Virus record (IMG/VR): IMGVR_UViG_3300000942_000002
Coordinates: 25,012 to 89,011 of that record
Origin: a virus
Taxonomy: Duplodnaviria; Caudoviricetes
Reading direction: 5' to 3' (one strand)
DNA length: 64,000 nt
Shown here: positions 50,459 through 59,923 of the stretch, piece after piece
Layout: each line of letters starts with the position of its first letter
Position numbering within the stretch: position 1 is the first letter of the stretch
The notes under the pieces: model-generated
The model's database searches: none
The model's input: the letters and a program-made list of their open reading frames with translations, nothing else
Told to the model about the DNA's origin: nothing
Made by a program: the position numbers and the translations under genes

Positions 50459-50992
50459 TTACTTTTCTTCAGTTTTTGTTTGTACAGGTTTCACATAATT
50501 TACAACCACTACATTAAAAGAAGCTAACTCTCTTTTAACTACTGGTTCTACATCTTCCCATTTTGCTCCTCCAATACTACACCCAATTTTTGGTAGGTAA
50601 AGAGTCATCTCTGCTCTTTTTTGAGTAGGTATACTAAGAACAAATGATCTCAACCCATTTGTGAACGCTGTAAGATTAAAGTCTGGTCCTGGAGAAAATT
50701 GGCTGTAAATATTTACACCTACTTTAATTTTCTCATCTTTTGCTCCTAAGACAACAGCAGAATAACTACCATATCTTTGGCTTGGAGATCTTGGATCATA
50801 TTGATCTAAATAAAACAAAGGAGAAACTTTATTCCTAATTTGATCAGCAACACCAGCTCCCATTACTTTTTGACAATTTGCCCCATGCAGTAAAGCTGCA
50901 TCTCCTTCACTGTTAAAGAACAGCTCTAAAACATCACCACCAACTACTTTGTAAGTAGTAGCTTTTTGTTTTGTTTCACTTTTTTTACTCAT
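50459..50992 (-). CDS. Macro domain protein (ADP-ribose processing)
   Basis: HGANCQKVMGAGVA and PKIGCSIGG.KW. Confidence 0.85.
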   Translation of the reverse strand: MSKKSETKQKATTYKVVGGDVLELFFNSEGDAALLHGANCQKVMGAGVADQIRNKVSPLFYLDQYDPRSPSQRYGSYSAVVLGAKDEKIKVGVNIYSQFSPGPDFNLTAFTNGLRSFVLSIPTQKRAEMTLYLPKIGCSIGGAKWEDVEPVVKRELASFNVVVVNYVKPVQTKTEEK

Positions 50993-51008
50993 TTTTTAAT
51001 TTTAAGTA

Positions 51009-52076
51009 TTATTTATCTAATCTAAAACCCACACAAACAGGAAAACGAGGTACTCCAGCATCTGTAAATTCAAAAAATCTTACTTCTGCTGTTTTACCAA
51101 TATATTTCCCCTTGTTTACTAAAATTTCTTCTCTCTCAGCATGAGAAAATTTCATTCCACACCCAAATGTTTCTGTAATACCTTGCTCTGTTGTTATTTC
51201 ACAAACTACAACTCCCTGTTCCGGATTTTTATCACTTGGTTCTACATCAACAACTTTATAAGACCCGTCAATAAAATCTTTATACTTTAGAAGATTACTA
51301 CTTCTCCCATTGATTTTATATCCTTCATTACCCCATCTTACCATAGTACCTTCATAACCTTTTTGCAAGAATTCCTTATGGAAGTTTTGTACATCTTTTA
51401 GATTTCTCACTTTATAGGTTGGAACTAACTCAAGATGGTCTGACATAGGAACAATAGAAAGCAATATATCATGTCGATCTTTAAAAGGCAGATCAGAAAC
51501 AATATCATAAACATGAAATTTAACATTTTTACTTTCTGGCCTCAACTTTTTGATTAACTTCATATTCTCTTGGAAACTTAATCCGTGAGCATAGAGTTCT
51601 CCGTCTACTACCACTTCTCTTCCTGAAGGTCTTCTTACTACTATATGATCCATAGTATCAATAGGAGTGTTTTTTCTAGAAATCTTTTTTCCTAGATTAT
51701 CTAAACATCTCATACCATCTAACTTTGGTTGTATATAAGCATTCTCCCAGTCAATCTTTTTAGCCTCTTTATCAAAGACTTTTGCCAACATAGGCATGAT
51801 AACTTCTTCGTTTTGAGCTTCTTCAATAGTACCAAAGTACCCTTCTTTTAGCTTCTTGGTAATTTTAGCTTGAGCCTCAATAACTGCTTGTTTTTCAGCA
51901 GTAGTAGAATTTGTTTTTCCAACATTTTTTGGTTTAGCTTCACTACTATGAGTGGTCATTGCTCCCCCAACTATTCCGGATCTTTGTTCTACTACACCAT
52001 CATAAGCAGAGATAGTTGTCTCTCTAATCTTACCTTTTGAGTCTTTTTTATAGACTGTTTCTTTAAATTCATTCAT
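51009..52076 (-). CDS. ATP-dependent DNA ligase
   Basis: Motif I QPKLDGMR, DGELY, EGTMVR, LLKYK and PRFP. Confidence 0.92.
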   Translation of the reverse strand: MNEFKETVYKKDSKGKIRETTISAYDGVVEQRSGIVGGAMTTHSSEAKPKNVGKTNSTTAEKQAVIEAQAKITKKLKEGYFGTIEEAQNEEVIMPMLAKVFDKEAKKIDWENAYIQPKLDGMRCLDNLGKKISRKNTPIDTMDHIVVRRPSGREVVVDGELYAHGLSFQENMKLIKKLRPESKNVKFHVYDIVSDLPFKDRHDILLSIVPMSDHLELVPTYKVRNLKDVQNFHKEFLQKGYEGTMVRWGNEGYKINGRSSNLLKYKDFIDGSYKVVDVEPSDKNPEQGVVVCEITTEQGITETFGCGMKFSHAEREEILVNKGKYIGKTAEVRFFEFTDAGVPRFPVCVGFRLDK

Positions 52077-52531
52077 TATTGAATAGTATTAATTACACTA
52101 TTTCTCCCTTCTCCAGCTTGCTTAGTTTCCATATATTTGTCATACCAATCAGCAAATTCATATATAGCATCAGCTCCTTGACCTTTCTTAAGAAAATAAT
52201 GAGGAAATCTTATAAATCTAGAGTCAGTTTGAGATAAATAAAGTTTTGTTGTAGCAATAACATCTTCTTTACGAATTTCTGGCATTGCAGCAAACATCTT
52301 TTTCATCCTACTGATAGATTCTTTAATTTTTCCTCCTTTCTTTGGGTTCTTTTGCTTGAAAAGAGCACAATACTCTGTTTTGACCCAGATCCAGGGGCCT
52401 AGTTTCTTATCTTCATTTGTCCCTTCCAAATTATCAAAGATCTCATGGACAAAATTTACAGCTAATTCTTTATCTGAAATAGTATCAAATTTCAACTCTT
52501 CAAATCTTTTTAATGCTTGATTTCTGTTCAT
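52076..52531 (-). CDS. Hypothetical replication-module protein
   Basis: 151-aa ORF coupled to the SF2 helicase and ligase genes. Confidence 0.6.
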   Translation of the reverse strand: MNRNQALKRFEELKFDTISDKELAVNFVHEIFDNLEGTNEDKKLGPWIWVKTEYCALFKQKNPKKGGKIKESISRMKKMFAAMPEIRKEDVIATTKLYLSQTDSRFIRFPHYFLKKGQGADAIYEFADWYDKYMETKQAGEGRNSVINTIQ

Positions 52532-53643
52532 ATCTCTAAATCTTTAAAGTTAATGTAGGTGACTTTCTTCTTGTCAAAATTTTCTAAAGTAGAATTTAAC
52601 CACACTAAATCCTGAGTTTCTTCTAGGCAAAGAATCCATATCACAGCTTTGTAAGTCCCTTGCTTTAAGAGAGTTCTTGCAATTTTCTGAGAAGTTAATC
52701 CATTGTTATCAGAGTCTACTTGAATCATGATGAGGTTGTCTATAGCAGAGTAAGTATATCCGGTACCTCCTTTATTTACCATAGCAATTTTTGTTATGTC
52801 GCCACTAATAAATTTTTTGAGGTCTTCATCATTACTGTTACCATGATATACATGATCACAAAGATCTTCAGCTTGATTTCTGTCAACTGCAAAAATCAGT
52901 CTCCTACCTTCAAGAGAATTGATAATATACTTGGCTGCTCCCACTTTAGATTGCGAGTTTCCAATTATCCTCATTCTTTGTAGCAAACCAAACTTAGTTT
53001 TATTCTTTTCCAACCTTCTGGTCAAATATTCATACTGCTTTTCTTCAGATGTCACAAAAGATTTCTCTTTTTTTGTTACTTTATCCTTGTACTTTACTTC
53101 TATATTTTTGTTTCTATCCATTTGTACCATAACTACTTTTATTTCATAGTTTGATAGCAATCCAATATCAACAGCTTGATTTATAGAAATTTTGTAAAGA
53201 ACATCTAATCCTAGTTTTTTATAAAGCTCTCTTTTTGTTTTGGTCTTACTCTCAGTCCCTGTCATAGAAATGATAGTTTTACCAGTAAGAGTACCATTTA
53301 ACAAAGGTGCAGCATTATTTTCTGTCATGAATTGCTCCTCATCTAAGACAATAATACCATAATCTCCAGAACAATTAATAAGACCTTTCCAAGTTGTAGT
53401 TTCAAGCTGTTTAAGATATCTCTTTGCTTTCCACTTTTCAAACTCTTTTGGTATATCTTCATTAGCTAATTTAGAAGTAGGTGTAACCCATAAAATCTTA
53501 TCTTTTATTTTATCTCTTTTAATAAGATCAATAATAATTTTACTTTTACCTATTCTTGGAGCTAACAAGAGTCTACCAGATTCTCCAGGTTTAATAGAAT
53601 TAACGACTTCCTTCTGTAATTCACTTTTTTCTTTGTTTGTCAT
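52528..53643 (-). CDS. SF2 helicase-like protein (compact, atypical motifs)
   Basis: APRIGKS, VLDEEQ, MTGT, GGTGY and QKIART. Confidence 0.75.
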   Translation of the reverse strand: MTNKEKSELQKEVVNSIKPGESGRLLLAPRIGKSKIIIDLIKRDKIKDKILWVTPTSKLANEDIPKEFEKWKAKRYLKQLETTTWKGLINCSGDYGIIVLDEEQFMTENNAAPLLNGTLTGKTIISMTGTESKTKTKRELYKKLGLDVLYKISINQAVDIGLLSNYEIKVVMVQMDRNKNIEVKYKDKVTKKEKSFVTSEEKQYEYLTRRLEKNKTKFGLLQRMRIIGNSQSKVGAAKYIINSLEGRRLIFAVDRNQAEDLCDHVYHGNSNDEDLKKFISGDITKIAMVNKGGTGYTYSAIDNLIMIQVDSDNNGLTSQKIARTLLKQGTYKAVIWILCLEETQDLVWLNSTLENFDKKKVTYINFKDLEI

Positions 53644-53962
53644 CTTCTTCTTTTAATAATTCTTTGGCTTTTCTTAAGCCAATATCATTCCTTTCCATTT
53701 CATCTCGAATACAAACATTTCTATATGTTTTTCTTCTTATAAAATGTCTTAAAGCACTCCTTTCATCAGTGTGTGCATATCTGTTTCTACCAGCTTTACT
53801 AACCCATTTCTTTTTACCATAAGGCATTTCAAACCAATATCCATCTCTAGTTTCTTTAATTACAGGAAACTTTTCAGTGTATATTGTAGTTTGATTAAAA
53901 TTATGTGTTAATTCAACTCTGTATAAAAATTCAGGTATCATAATACTCTTTTTTAGTGACAT
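53621..53962 (-). CDS. Hypothetical protein
   Basis: 113-aa ORF overlapping both neighbours. Confidence 0.6.
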   Translation of the reverse strand: MSLKKSIMIPEFLYRVELTHNFNQTTIYTEKFPVIKETRDGYWFEMPYGKKKWVSKAGRNRYAHTDERSALRHFIRRKTYRNVCIRDEMERNDIGLRKAKELLKEEDDKQRKK

Positions 53963-55908
53963 TCAGCATAATTTGTTCCCCAATCAACACTGTTTCCTAT
54001 ACTAACATTAAGTCCCATTTCATTATTTAATTCATTCATGGAATCTTTTAGTATTTTTTCTACAGTTTCTTTGTGGACTTTATTACAAACCAATAGTAAC
54101 TCATCATGGTATTGCATACAAACTCTTATACCAAGAGGTTTCAATTTATCTCTAACTTTTCTCAACCAGGAGTCAAAAACATAGACACCTGTTGATTGAT
54201 TTAATGTACTAAATCTATCTTTTTCTGCCTTGAGAAACATCCATAAACCAGAAACAGGATTATAAAGCCATTTCTGGCCTCTTACAGTCTTCACTTTACA
54301 AGCTTTTGCTGTCTTTTTCACTGCTGCATTCCGGTCCCAATAAGTCTTATGTAACTTTGTTGCTTCAGCTAAAGAACACTTTAATGTTGAAGCTATCTTT
54401 GGTGGTCCAGCTCCATAGGTTGCTGAGAAATTGATTACTTTGGCCTCACCTCTCGATTTCTTTATTCTCTTATAGGTCTGAAGGTCTTCTTCAGTGTCGA
54501 AAACAAAGTTATCCCCTTGTTCATCCTTTAGCTTTTCAATTCTTTTGAAGAATGCTTCATCTTCTTTTGAAACAAGTCCAGCCAACACAGCTATATCTAT
54601 ATGAGGATCAAATCCAGGGACTCTCATCTCTGTCACATAATCCGGATCATAAAAATAAATATAGTGCTGTTTTGTGTTGTCTTCTAGACCACTGATGTCA
54701 CTCCCACACATAATGTAAGACTCATCTGGGACCGTTAAACAACCTCTGACTTGTTCTCCATAGTATTTTCCCACTCCGGGTAAATTAGCTACAGGTTTAG
54801 CATGTTGCATTCTCAAAGTATTCGTGAAACCTTGAGCTCTTGAGTATATAAAGTCATTCTCATCTTTATTTTCTAAGAAAGACTTAAAAAGGCCGAATCT
54901 ATGTCTGTCTCTATATAGTCCTCCTAGTTCCTCTAAGAATTCATATTTTTCAAACATTTCAATTACACTAGGACATAAACCCCCTCCAAAAGGTAGAGAC
55001 ACTTGTGGTATCTTTTCCTCTTTCGCGTTGATTTTAAATGTTTTAGGCTGCCACCCAAGTTGAAATAACCAATCTTTTAGTTGCTTTGGTGATGTTGGAC
55101 TACCTGGCTTAGTGATCTGTGTTGCATCTTCAGGCAAACCTTTCAGTGCAAGTAACTCTTTCCACTTTTTACCGTGAGCTGATAGATTTCCATCTTTCTT
55201 ATACATTACTTTTGGTTGCTCTTTTTCAAGAATCCTTGGCATATGTTTAGAAAGACTAGTAATCTTTTCATCTATTATAAACTCTAAGTCTATTTTAGAT
55301 TTTTCAGCTAACCTTACATCTAGCTTGATTTTCTCAGCTTCTTGATCTTTAAGACAATCTAATTTGTAACCAAGGTATCCAAAAGCTCTCATCACTTGAT
55401 CAAATTCTCCATAAATATCCATGCTGTAATCCATTTGGAAGTGAAATAGTCGAGTGTTTATCTCAACATCCCCTTCACATCTATTACACATTTTTTTATA
55501 GAAAGCTTCCAAAGTTTCTCCTTCTTTTGGTCCTTTCCACTCATCCTCACCTATAACAGGTTTTCCAAACCCAAGTCTTTCTCCCCAAGCTTCTAAGCCG
55601 TGCACAAATCCTTTAACTGGATAGTGATAAAAAGAAATTCCTAATGTATCGATAAGTTTAGCTGTCACTTTAATACCAAGAACTTTTTCTAGAGCAGGAA
55701 TATCATACTCTATAATTTTGTGCCCTACAAGTACTTCTTGTTGTAAGATGAATTTCTTCATTTGTTCTGGATCCGTAATAGAACCAGAAGCAATTAAATC
55801 TTTACCTTCAAAAATACCAAATGATAGGCACCACAATTGAGTGATAGTATCTAAGAGCCCATTGCCCTCAATATCAAATATTGTGTATCTAAATTTTTCA
55901 TTTGCCAT
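53953..55908 (-). CDS. polA: Family A DNA polymerase with 3'-5' exonuclease (T7-like)
   Basis: Exo I FDIEGNG, motif A GSDISGLE, motif B AKVINFSATYG and motif C QYHDE. Confidence 0.95.
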   Translation of the reverse strand: MANEKFRYTIFDIEGNGLLDTITQLWCLSFGIFEGKDLIASGSITDPEQMKKFILQQEVLVGHKIIEYDIPALEKVLGIKVTAKLIDTLGISFYHYPVKGFVHGLEAWGERLGFGKPVIGEDEWKGPKEGETLEAFYKKMCNRCEGDVEINTRLFHFQMDYSMDIYGEFDQVMRAFGYLGYKLDCLKDQEAEKIKLDVRLAEKSKIDLEFIIDEKITSLSKHMPRILEKEQPKVMYKKDGNLSAHGKKWKELLALKGLPEDATQITKPGSPTSPKQLKDWLFQLGWQPKTFKINAKEEKIPQVSLPFGGGLCPSVIEMFEKYEFLEELGGLYRDRHRFGLFKSFLENKDENDFIYSRAQGFTNTLRMQHAKPVANLPGVGKYYGEQVRGCLTVPDESYIMCGSDISGLEDNTKQHYIYFYDPDYVTEMRVPGFDPHIDIAVLAGLVSKEDEAFFKRIEKLKDEQGDNFVFDTEEDLQTYKRIKKSRGEAKVINFSATYGAGPPKIASTLKCSLAEATKLHKTYWDRNAAVKKTAKACKVKTVRGQKWLYNPVSGLWMFLKAEKDRFSTLNQSTGVYVFDSWLRKVRDKLKPLGIRVCMQYHDELLLVCNKVHKETVEKILKDSMNELNNEMGLNVSIGNSVDWGTNYAECH

Positions 55909-56083
55909 TATTTTTAAGTTTTCTTAATCTGTTTTGTAGATAGAAACATTTAAAGTAGAAATATAACGTTACCAGAGGTTGTATGATAACAAATATGATA
56001 ATGTTAATTTCTTTGTATGTCCATCCTGTTTGTGCACTAAGATACTTCATAATCTCTACACAAATGTCAAATAACTCTTCCAT
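55898..56083 (-). CDS. Small membrane protein
   Basis: TGWTYKEINIIIFVIIQP followed by a TM helix. Confidence 0.6.
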   Translation of the reverse strand: MEELFDICVEIMKYLSAQTGWTYKEINIIIFVIIQPLVTLYFYFKCFYLQNRLRKLKNNGK

Positions 56084-56102
56084 AATACTCGTTTTTAGGA
56101 GT

Positions 56103-56399
56103 TTATATACTCTTTATAGAATATATGTAAATGTTGTTGTATCTTTTTCCATTCTTCTCAGAACCTTGAAAAAGATATTGAATTTCTACTGTTGATCCTT
56201 GGGTGATTCCTTCAGTCTCCAGCATTTTTAACTTACCATTTCTTAATTCTGGGAACAAAATTTGTCCATCTGGAGTCTCTACTGTAAGTACTTTCTTATA
56301 AAGATCTGGAATACCATCTCTTTTAATGTGTACTAATTCTCCAACTAAGTGGACTGTCCCTTTTAAGCTGAAATAGCTTTTTTCTAAATGATTGTTCAT
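56103..56399 (-). CDS. DUF3127-like OB-fold protein (SSB-like)
   Basis: G.V..F.F.GSE.NG.RYN.I pattern of the Bacteroidota DUF3127 family. Confidence 0.6.
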   Translation of the reverse strand: MNNHLEKSYFSLKGTVHLVGELVHIKRDGIPDLYKKVLTVETPDGQILFPELRNGKLKMLETEGITQGSTVEIQYLFQGSEKNGKRYNNIYIYSIKSI

Positions 56400-56411
56400 A
56401 TTAAATATTTG

Positions 56412-56669
56412 TTATTGAATTACAATTTTTTCTCCTTTTTCTAGTTTCCTTACAAGACAAACACTGTCTTCCCAAGTACTACAATTTGTCCAGGATTCTC
56501 CTGATATTCCTCCTACTACAATAAGACCTTCTCCTCTTCTTTGCACTATTTGATTAAGTTTATTAGGATAATGTTCAAACATTTTTATTATAGCTAAATC
56601 TCCATCTTTTAATCTTCTTGGAGGGATATAAGTCTCCTGTTCCTGTGTTTCTAATTTTAATTCTGTCAT
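56412..56669 (-). CDS. Hypothetical protein
   Basis: 85-aa ORF in the operon. Confidence 0.55.
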   Translation of the reverse strand: MTELKLETQEQETYIPPRRLKDGDLAIIKMFEHYPNKLNQIVQRRGEGLIVVGGISGESWTNCSTWEDSVCLVRKLEKGEKIVIQ

Positions 56670-57970
56670 ACCTTGTATAAAATTAATAGTTTACTTGCTC
56701 TAGTCACTGCTGTATACAGTAATCTTTCTCTTTCTGTTTTGTTTTTGTTTAAGCCTAGATTCTTAATATTAACAATTGCTTGTCTATAAGTGGATCCCTG
56801 GCTTTTGTGTACGGTTATTGCATGATTATATTTCATATCTGCAAATCCTTCCTTGAATTTATAATAATCAACCCAGTCAATTACTTTGGCCCCACACATA
56901 CTTCTTAAATTCTTTAGAAGTTTATTATAGTCTGCCTCTGAATCTTCATGTATTATTATTATATTTTCAGTTTTCTCTCCATTTTCTAAAGAAACCTTAC
57001 TATTTACAGAGTAATATTTCAATTTAATTGGATTAAAAGTAGTATGCTTTTCAAACACACCTTTTGTTTTACCTGCTGGATAATTGAAATCTCTCTCTTT
57101 TACTTCAACAGATTCAACTTTAATTTCCTGATTAGTATAGTATTCCTCATTATAAGGTTCATTGAATACCAGAGTTTCCTCCAATTCAACTTTATTTGGA
57201 GAGGTTCCATATATTCTTTTTCTAACGAGGCTATTAATATTGTCTACCTCTTTATTAGTCCAAGCTAAATACTTAAGATCATCTGTACCATTCACAGCAG
57301 CTAAAGTTTCTACAACTTGTGCAAGATTGTTACTATAAATGTAACCTTGGCTCTCAATTCTGTTGTCTTTTCTTTCTGCTATAACATTTAGATTTCTACT
57401 TAAATCTATGATGGGATTACCTTCTCCTTGTCTGATAATTTCAGTAAGTTCTACTTCAGGGTATTCTGCTGCAAAAACTGGAGAAACATCTTCCCCCACT
57501 GGGTTAAGTTGTTTTTTGTCCCCAAGAAATATTACAATTGCATTATTCTTTTTTGCATGTATTTCTACATATTCTAGTAATTCTGTATTAAGCATAGAAG
57601 CTTCATCAATAATAAATAACCCTACTCCTTTAAGAGGAGGATATCTTTCACTAAAATATGGCTTAAAAGATATGGCACCAGTTTTATAGTCTACCTGTCT
57701 TTTAATTTTTAGAGCTGAATGGACAGTAGTAAACTCTAGATTAGGTCTATCATCAACCTTTTGTTTTACTACAGCTACAGCTTTATTAGTGGGAGCAGAA
57801 CAGTATATCTTTTTGCTTGAAGGTATTCTCATTCTAAGTTTACCTATCAACTCATTTACAAGATAAGTCTTCCCTACACCTGCACTACCAGATACTAAAA
57901 GTCTTTTATTTTCTTTCAGTATTTCAAGGCTCTTTTCCAGTTTTTCACTCTGGTGTGTTGTTAAACTCAT
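56666..57970 (-). CDS. dda: Dda/RecD-like SF1B helicase
   Basis: GSAGVGKT, APTNKA, IDEASM, GD.KQL.PV, AITVHKSQGST and YTAVTRA. Confidence 0.88.
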   Translation of the reverse strand: MSLTTHQSEKLEKSLEILKENKRLLVSGSAGVGKTYLVNELIGKLRMRIPSSKKIYCSAPTNKAVAVVKQKVDDRPNLEFTTVHSALKIKRQVDYKTGAISFKPYFSERYPPLKGVGLFIIDEASMLNTELLEYVEIHAKKNNAIVIFLGDKKQLNPVGEDVSPVFAAEYPEVELTEIIRQGEGNPIIDLSRNLNVIAERKDNRIESQGYIYSNNLAQVVETLAAVNGTDDLKYLAWTNKEVDNINSLVRKRIYGTSPNKVELEETLVFNEPYNEEYYTNQEIKVESVEVKERDFNYPAGKTKGVFEKHTTFNPIKLKYYSVNSKVSLENGEKTENIIIIHEDSEADYNKLLKNLRSMCGAKVIDWVDYYKFKEGFADMKYNHAITVHKSQGSTYRQAIVNIKNLGLNKNKTERERLLYTAVTRASKLLILYKV

Positions 57971-58025
57971 GCTTTTTCTTCATTTATTTCATTTGCTGTT
58001 TGATTAAAAAACTCTGTAAGAGAAG

Positions 58026-58067
58026 AAAAATATAAAGAAGGCTCGGAAATAAATCCAAACCTTCTTT
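58026..58067 (-). terminator. Intrinsic terminator
   Basis: On the - strand, AAAGAAGGTTTGGA-tttatt-TCCGAGCCTTCTTT forms 14 bp (two G.U) followed by ATATTTTT, just after the stop at 58074. Confidence 0.7.
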
Positions 58068-58073
58068 TAAATT

Positions 58074-58265
58074 TTATCTGTTAGCTAATGCATCTAGTTG
58101 CTCAGGCCTGTAACCAGGACCTTGGGAAAGATCTCTGCCGGTACTGGTAGATAAAATGAAGTTCCCTGCTGCGGTTCTTCTGAAAAAATCCATTCTTTTA
58201 AATGACTCATTCCAAACCATTCTTAGTTTTCCTCTTTTTATTTTTCTTCTCGCTGATTGTGCCAT
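58074..58265 (-). CDS. Small basic hypothetical protein
   Basis: 63-aa ORF followed by a terminator. Confidence 0.6.
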   Translation of the reverse strand: MAQSARRKIKRGKLRMVWNESFKRMDFFRRTAAGNFILSTSTGRDLSQGPGYRPEQLDALANR

Positions 58266-58267
58266 AA

Positions 58268-58819
58268 TTAATTTAGTAATAAAAGATTAATATTAAACCT
58301 AAAACTTTCATCATAAGTTCTAGGGAATTCTTTATGGAGATTCCTATGTCTAATTGAATGTGAAGTCTCCATGTACCCGGTTATGAAATCATAAAGAGGT
58401 ACTGGTTTGTTCCCAAATACATATGACTGGATTGTTCCATAAGCCAATTTCCAATCATTCGAGTTGTTAATTGCATGACAATCATAATCTTCTTCACATT
58501 TTGTCATCATGACCTCATCATTTTCATGGCCCATATATACAAAACAAGGTTGATTATCATAACATGCCCCTCTGACTTCTTCAAATTGACCTTTTCCAAC
58601 ATTAGTCCACCATTTTCTAGGACTAGACTCTAATGTGGGTAAATACGGTACAACTACAGTGAAATCAGCACTTTTTCTAAGTTCAGGACTATAACTCCCT
58701 CCAGTGTATTCTTGAATTTTAAATCCACAGGAAATCAACTGATCTCTGACTTCCTGTAGGACTTTTTCTTCAACTTTTAAAGATTTACTCAAATAGACAA
58801 CTAATGGTCTACTTTTCAT
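58268..58819 (-). CDS. Hypothetical protein ending in NINLLLLN
   Basis: 183-aa ORF in the operon. Confidence 0.6.
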   Translation of the reverse strand: MKSRPLVVYLSKSLKVEEKVLQEVRDQLISCGFKIQEYTGGSYSPELRKSADFTVVVPYLPTLESSPRKWWTNVGKGQFEEVRGACYDNQPCFVYMGHENDEVMMTKCEEDYDCHAINNSNDWKLAYGTIQSYVFGNKPVPLYDFITGYMETSHSIRHRNLHKEFPRTYDESFRFNINLLLLN

Positions 58820-59102
58820 CTGAATAAAGTTCTTTCATTACTTCTTGAGCAATTTCAATTTCTTTAGCTACAAGAACTAATTCAAGTTTTGCTTTATGGT
58901 AAGTTTCATTAAAAGTATCAGTGTTAATATTACTGATTTTACCTTCAACTAACTTGTCAATAGTTTCTTGAGCTTTATCAGCTCTAGCTTCAAGTTTGTC
59001 TAAAAGAGCTTCTTGGCCTCTCTTTAAAGCTTTTGCAGTTCTTTCTGCTTGTTTCTTTTCTCTTTCTTCTTTTGTTGCTGAGAATAATGATAAAATTTTC
59101 AT
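58809..59102 (-). CDS. Coiled-coil hypothetical protein
   Basis: 97 aa, K/E/A-rich heptads. Confidence 0.6.
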   Translation of the reverse strand: MKILSLFSATKEEREKKQAERTAKALKRGQEALLDKLEARADKAQETIDKLVEGKISNINTDTFNETYHKAKLELVLVAKEIEIAQEVMKELYSDEK

Positions 59103-59124
59103 TTGTTTTCTGTTTAAATAGTTA

Positions 59125-59328
59125 TTAATTTTTTATTGCTTTAAAATCTAAAAATATATCTAGATTATTTTCTTCTTTCACAGTTCTAGGTAACATACAT
59201 GTTTTATAATCTCCTAAAGGAATCTCTAAACAGGGATTACCTTTAAACTCATCTTTAAGATACTTATCTATAATTTTTAGTTGGTGATCATTTAGATTAA
59301 TTTTTCCTCCAGGGGTGTACATAGCCAT
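59125..59328 (-). CDS. Hypothetical protein
   Basis: 67-aa ORF downstream of the tmRNA. Confidence 0.5.
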   Translation of the reverse strand: MAMYTPGGKINLNDHQLKIIDKYLKDEFKGNPCLEIPLGDYKTCMLPRTVKEENNLDIFLDFKAIKN

Positions 59329-59378
59329 ATATGCCTTTCTTTTTTGTTCTTGCGATTCCTACATATTTTTTAAGTTTG

Positions 59379-59754
59379 TGGAGCTGCTGGGAGTCGAACC
59401 CAGGTGCCTCCTATTGCAGATACAATGTTTTATACAGTTTAATGTGTAGTTTGAATTCCTCACAAGGAATAGGGCCAACTTGTTAAGTTGACATTCCACC
59501 ATCTAGTTAGTTATGGTCTAGCAACCGGGTTTACCTAAAATTTTATAGCTTAGGCAGCTACAGCCAATTCCATCTTAGGAGCTACTAAATCTTCACTCCC
59601 TCCATTTAGAATATTGTGAACAACATTCATATTAGCTTTAATCTGTGTATTATCTTTATTGTTTCCAATTATTGATATCACCTAAGTTTTTAGCACTTAT
59701 CTCTGTGCACTGAACATTATAAAATTCATACAAGGTCAAAGCCAGAACAGCCCC
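59379..59754 (-). ncRNA. ssrA: tmRNA (one-piece), 376 nt
   Basis: 5' GGGGCTG pairs with 3' CAGCTCC-A, giving the G3.U70 alanine identity. D-loop analogue GGCTTTGAC, T-arm CTGGG-TTCGACT-CCCAG, and a tag frame 59666-59550 ending ...LAVAA*. CCA is not encoded (ACAA). Confidence 0.93.
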
Positions 59755-59759
59755 ATAAA

Positions 59760-59859
59760 ATAAGAGCACAGTTTTTAAAGTCAATATCATTCTCATCTCA
59801 TAAGATTGATTACTAAATTCCTTATAATCCAGTAGTTATCATTGACACTGCACTCTTAT
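59760..59859 (-). ncRNA. Candidate structured RNA immediately upstream of tmRNA
   Basis: A 13-bp closing stem with two G.U pairs that form only on the - strand, an inner GTCAAT/ATTGAC stem, and two internal hairpins. Confidence 0.4.
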
Positions 59860-59923
59860 AATATCCACCCTACTTTACATCTAAGTGGCTAAACACATTC
59901 TCCAATGTATTTCAGGTGGTGCA

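Noticed and set aside
31191-55908. Introns or inteins in nrdJ, polA or the helicases
   Set aside because: Lengths are normal, with no LAGLIDADG/HNH inserts or intein splice motifs.
1749-57689. Many 60-170 aa ORFs antisense to or nested in long genes (e.g. 1749-2066, 11098-11601, 32065-32550)
   Set aside because: They are shadow frames of AT-rich coding sequence, rich in F/L/S/I, with no motifs.
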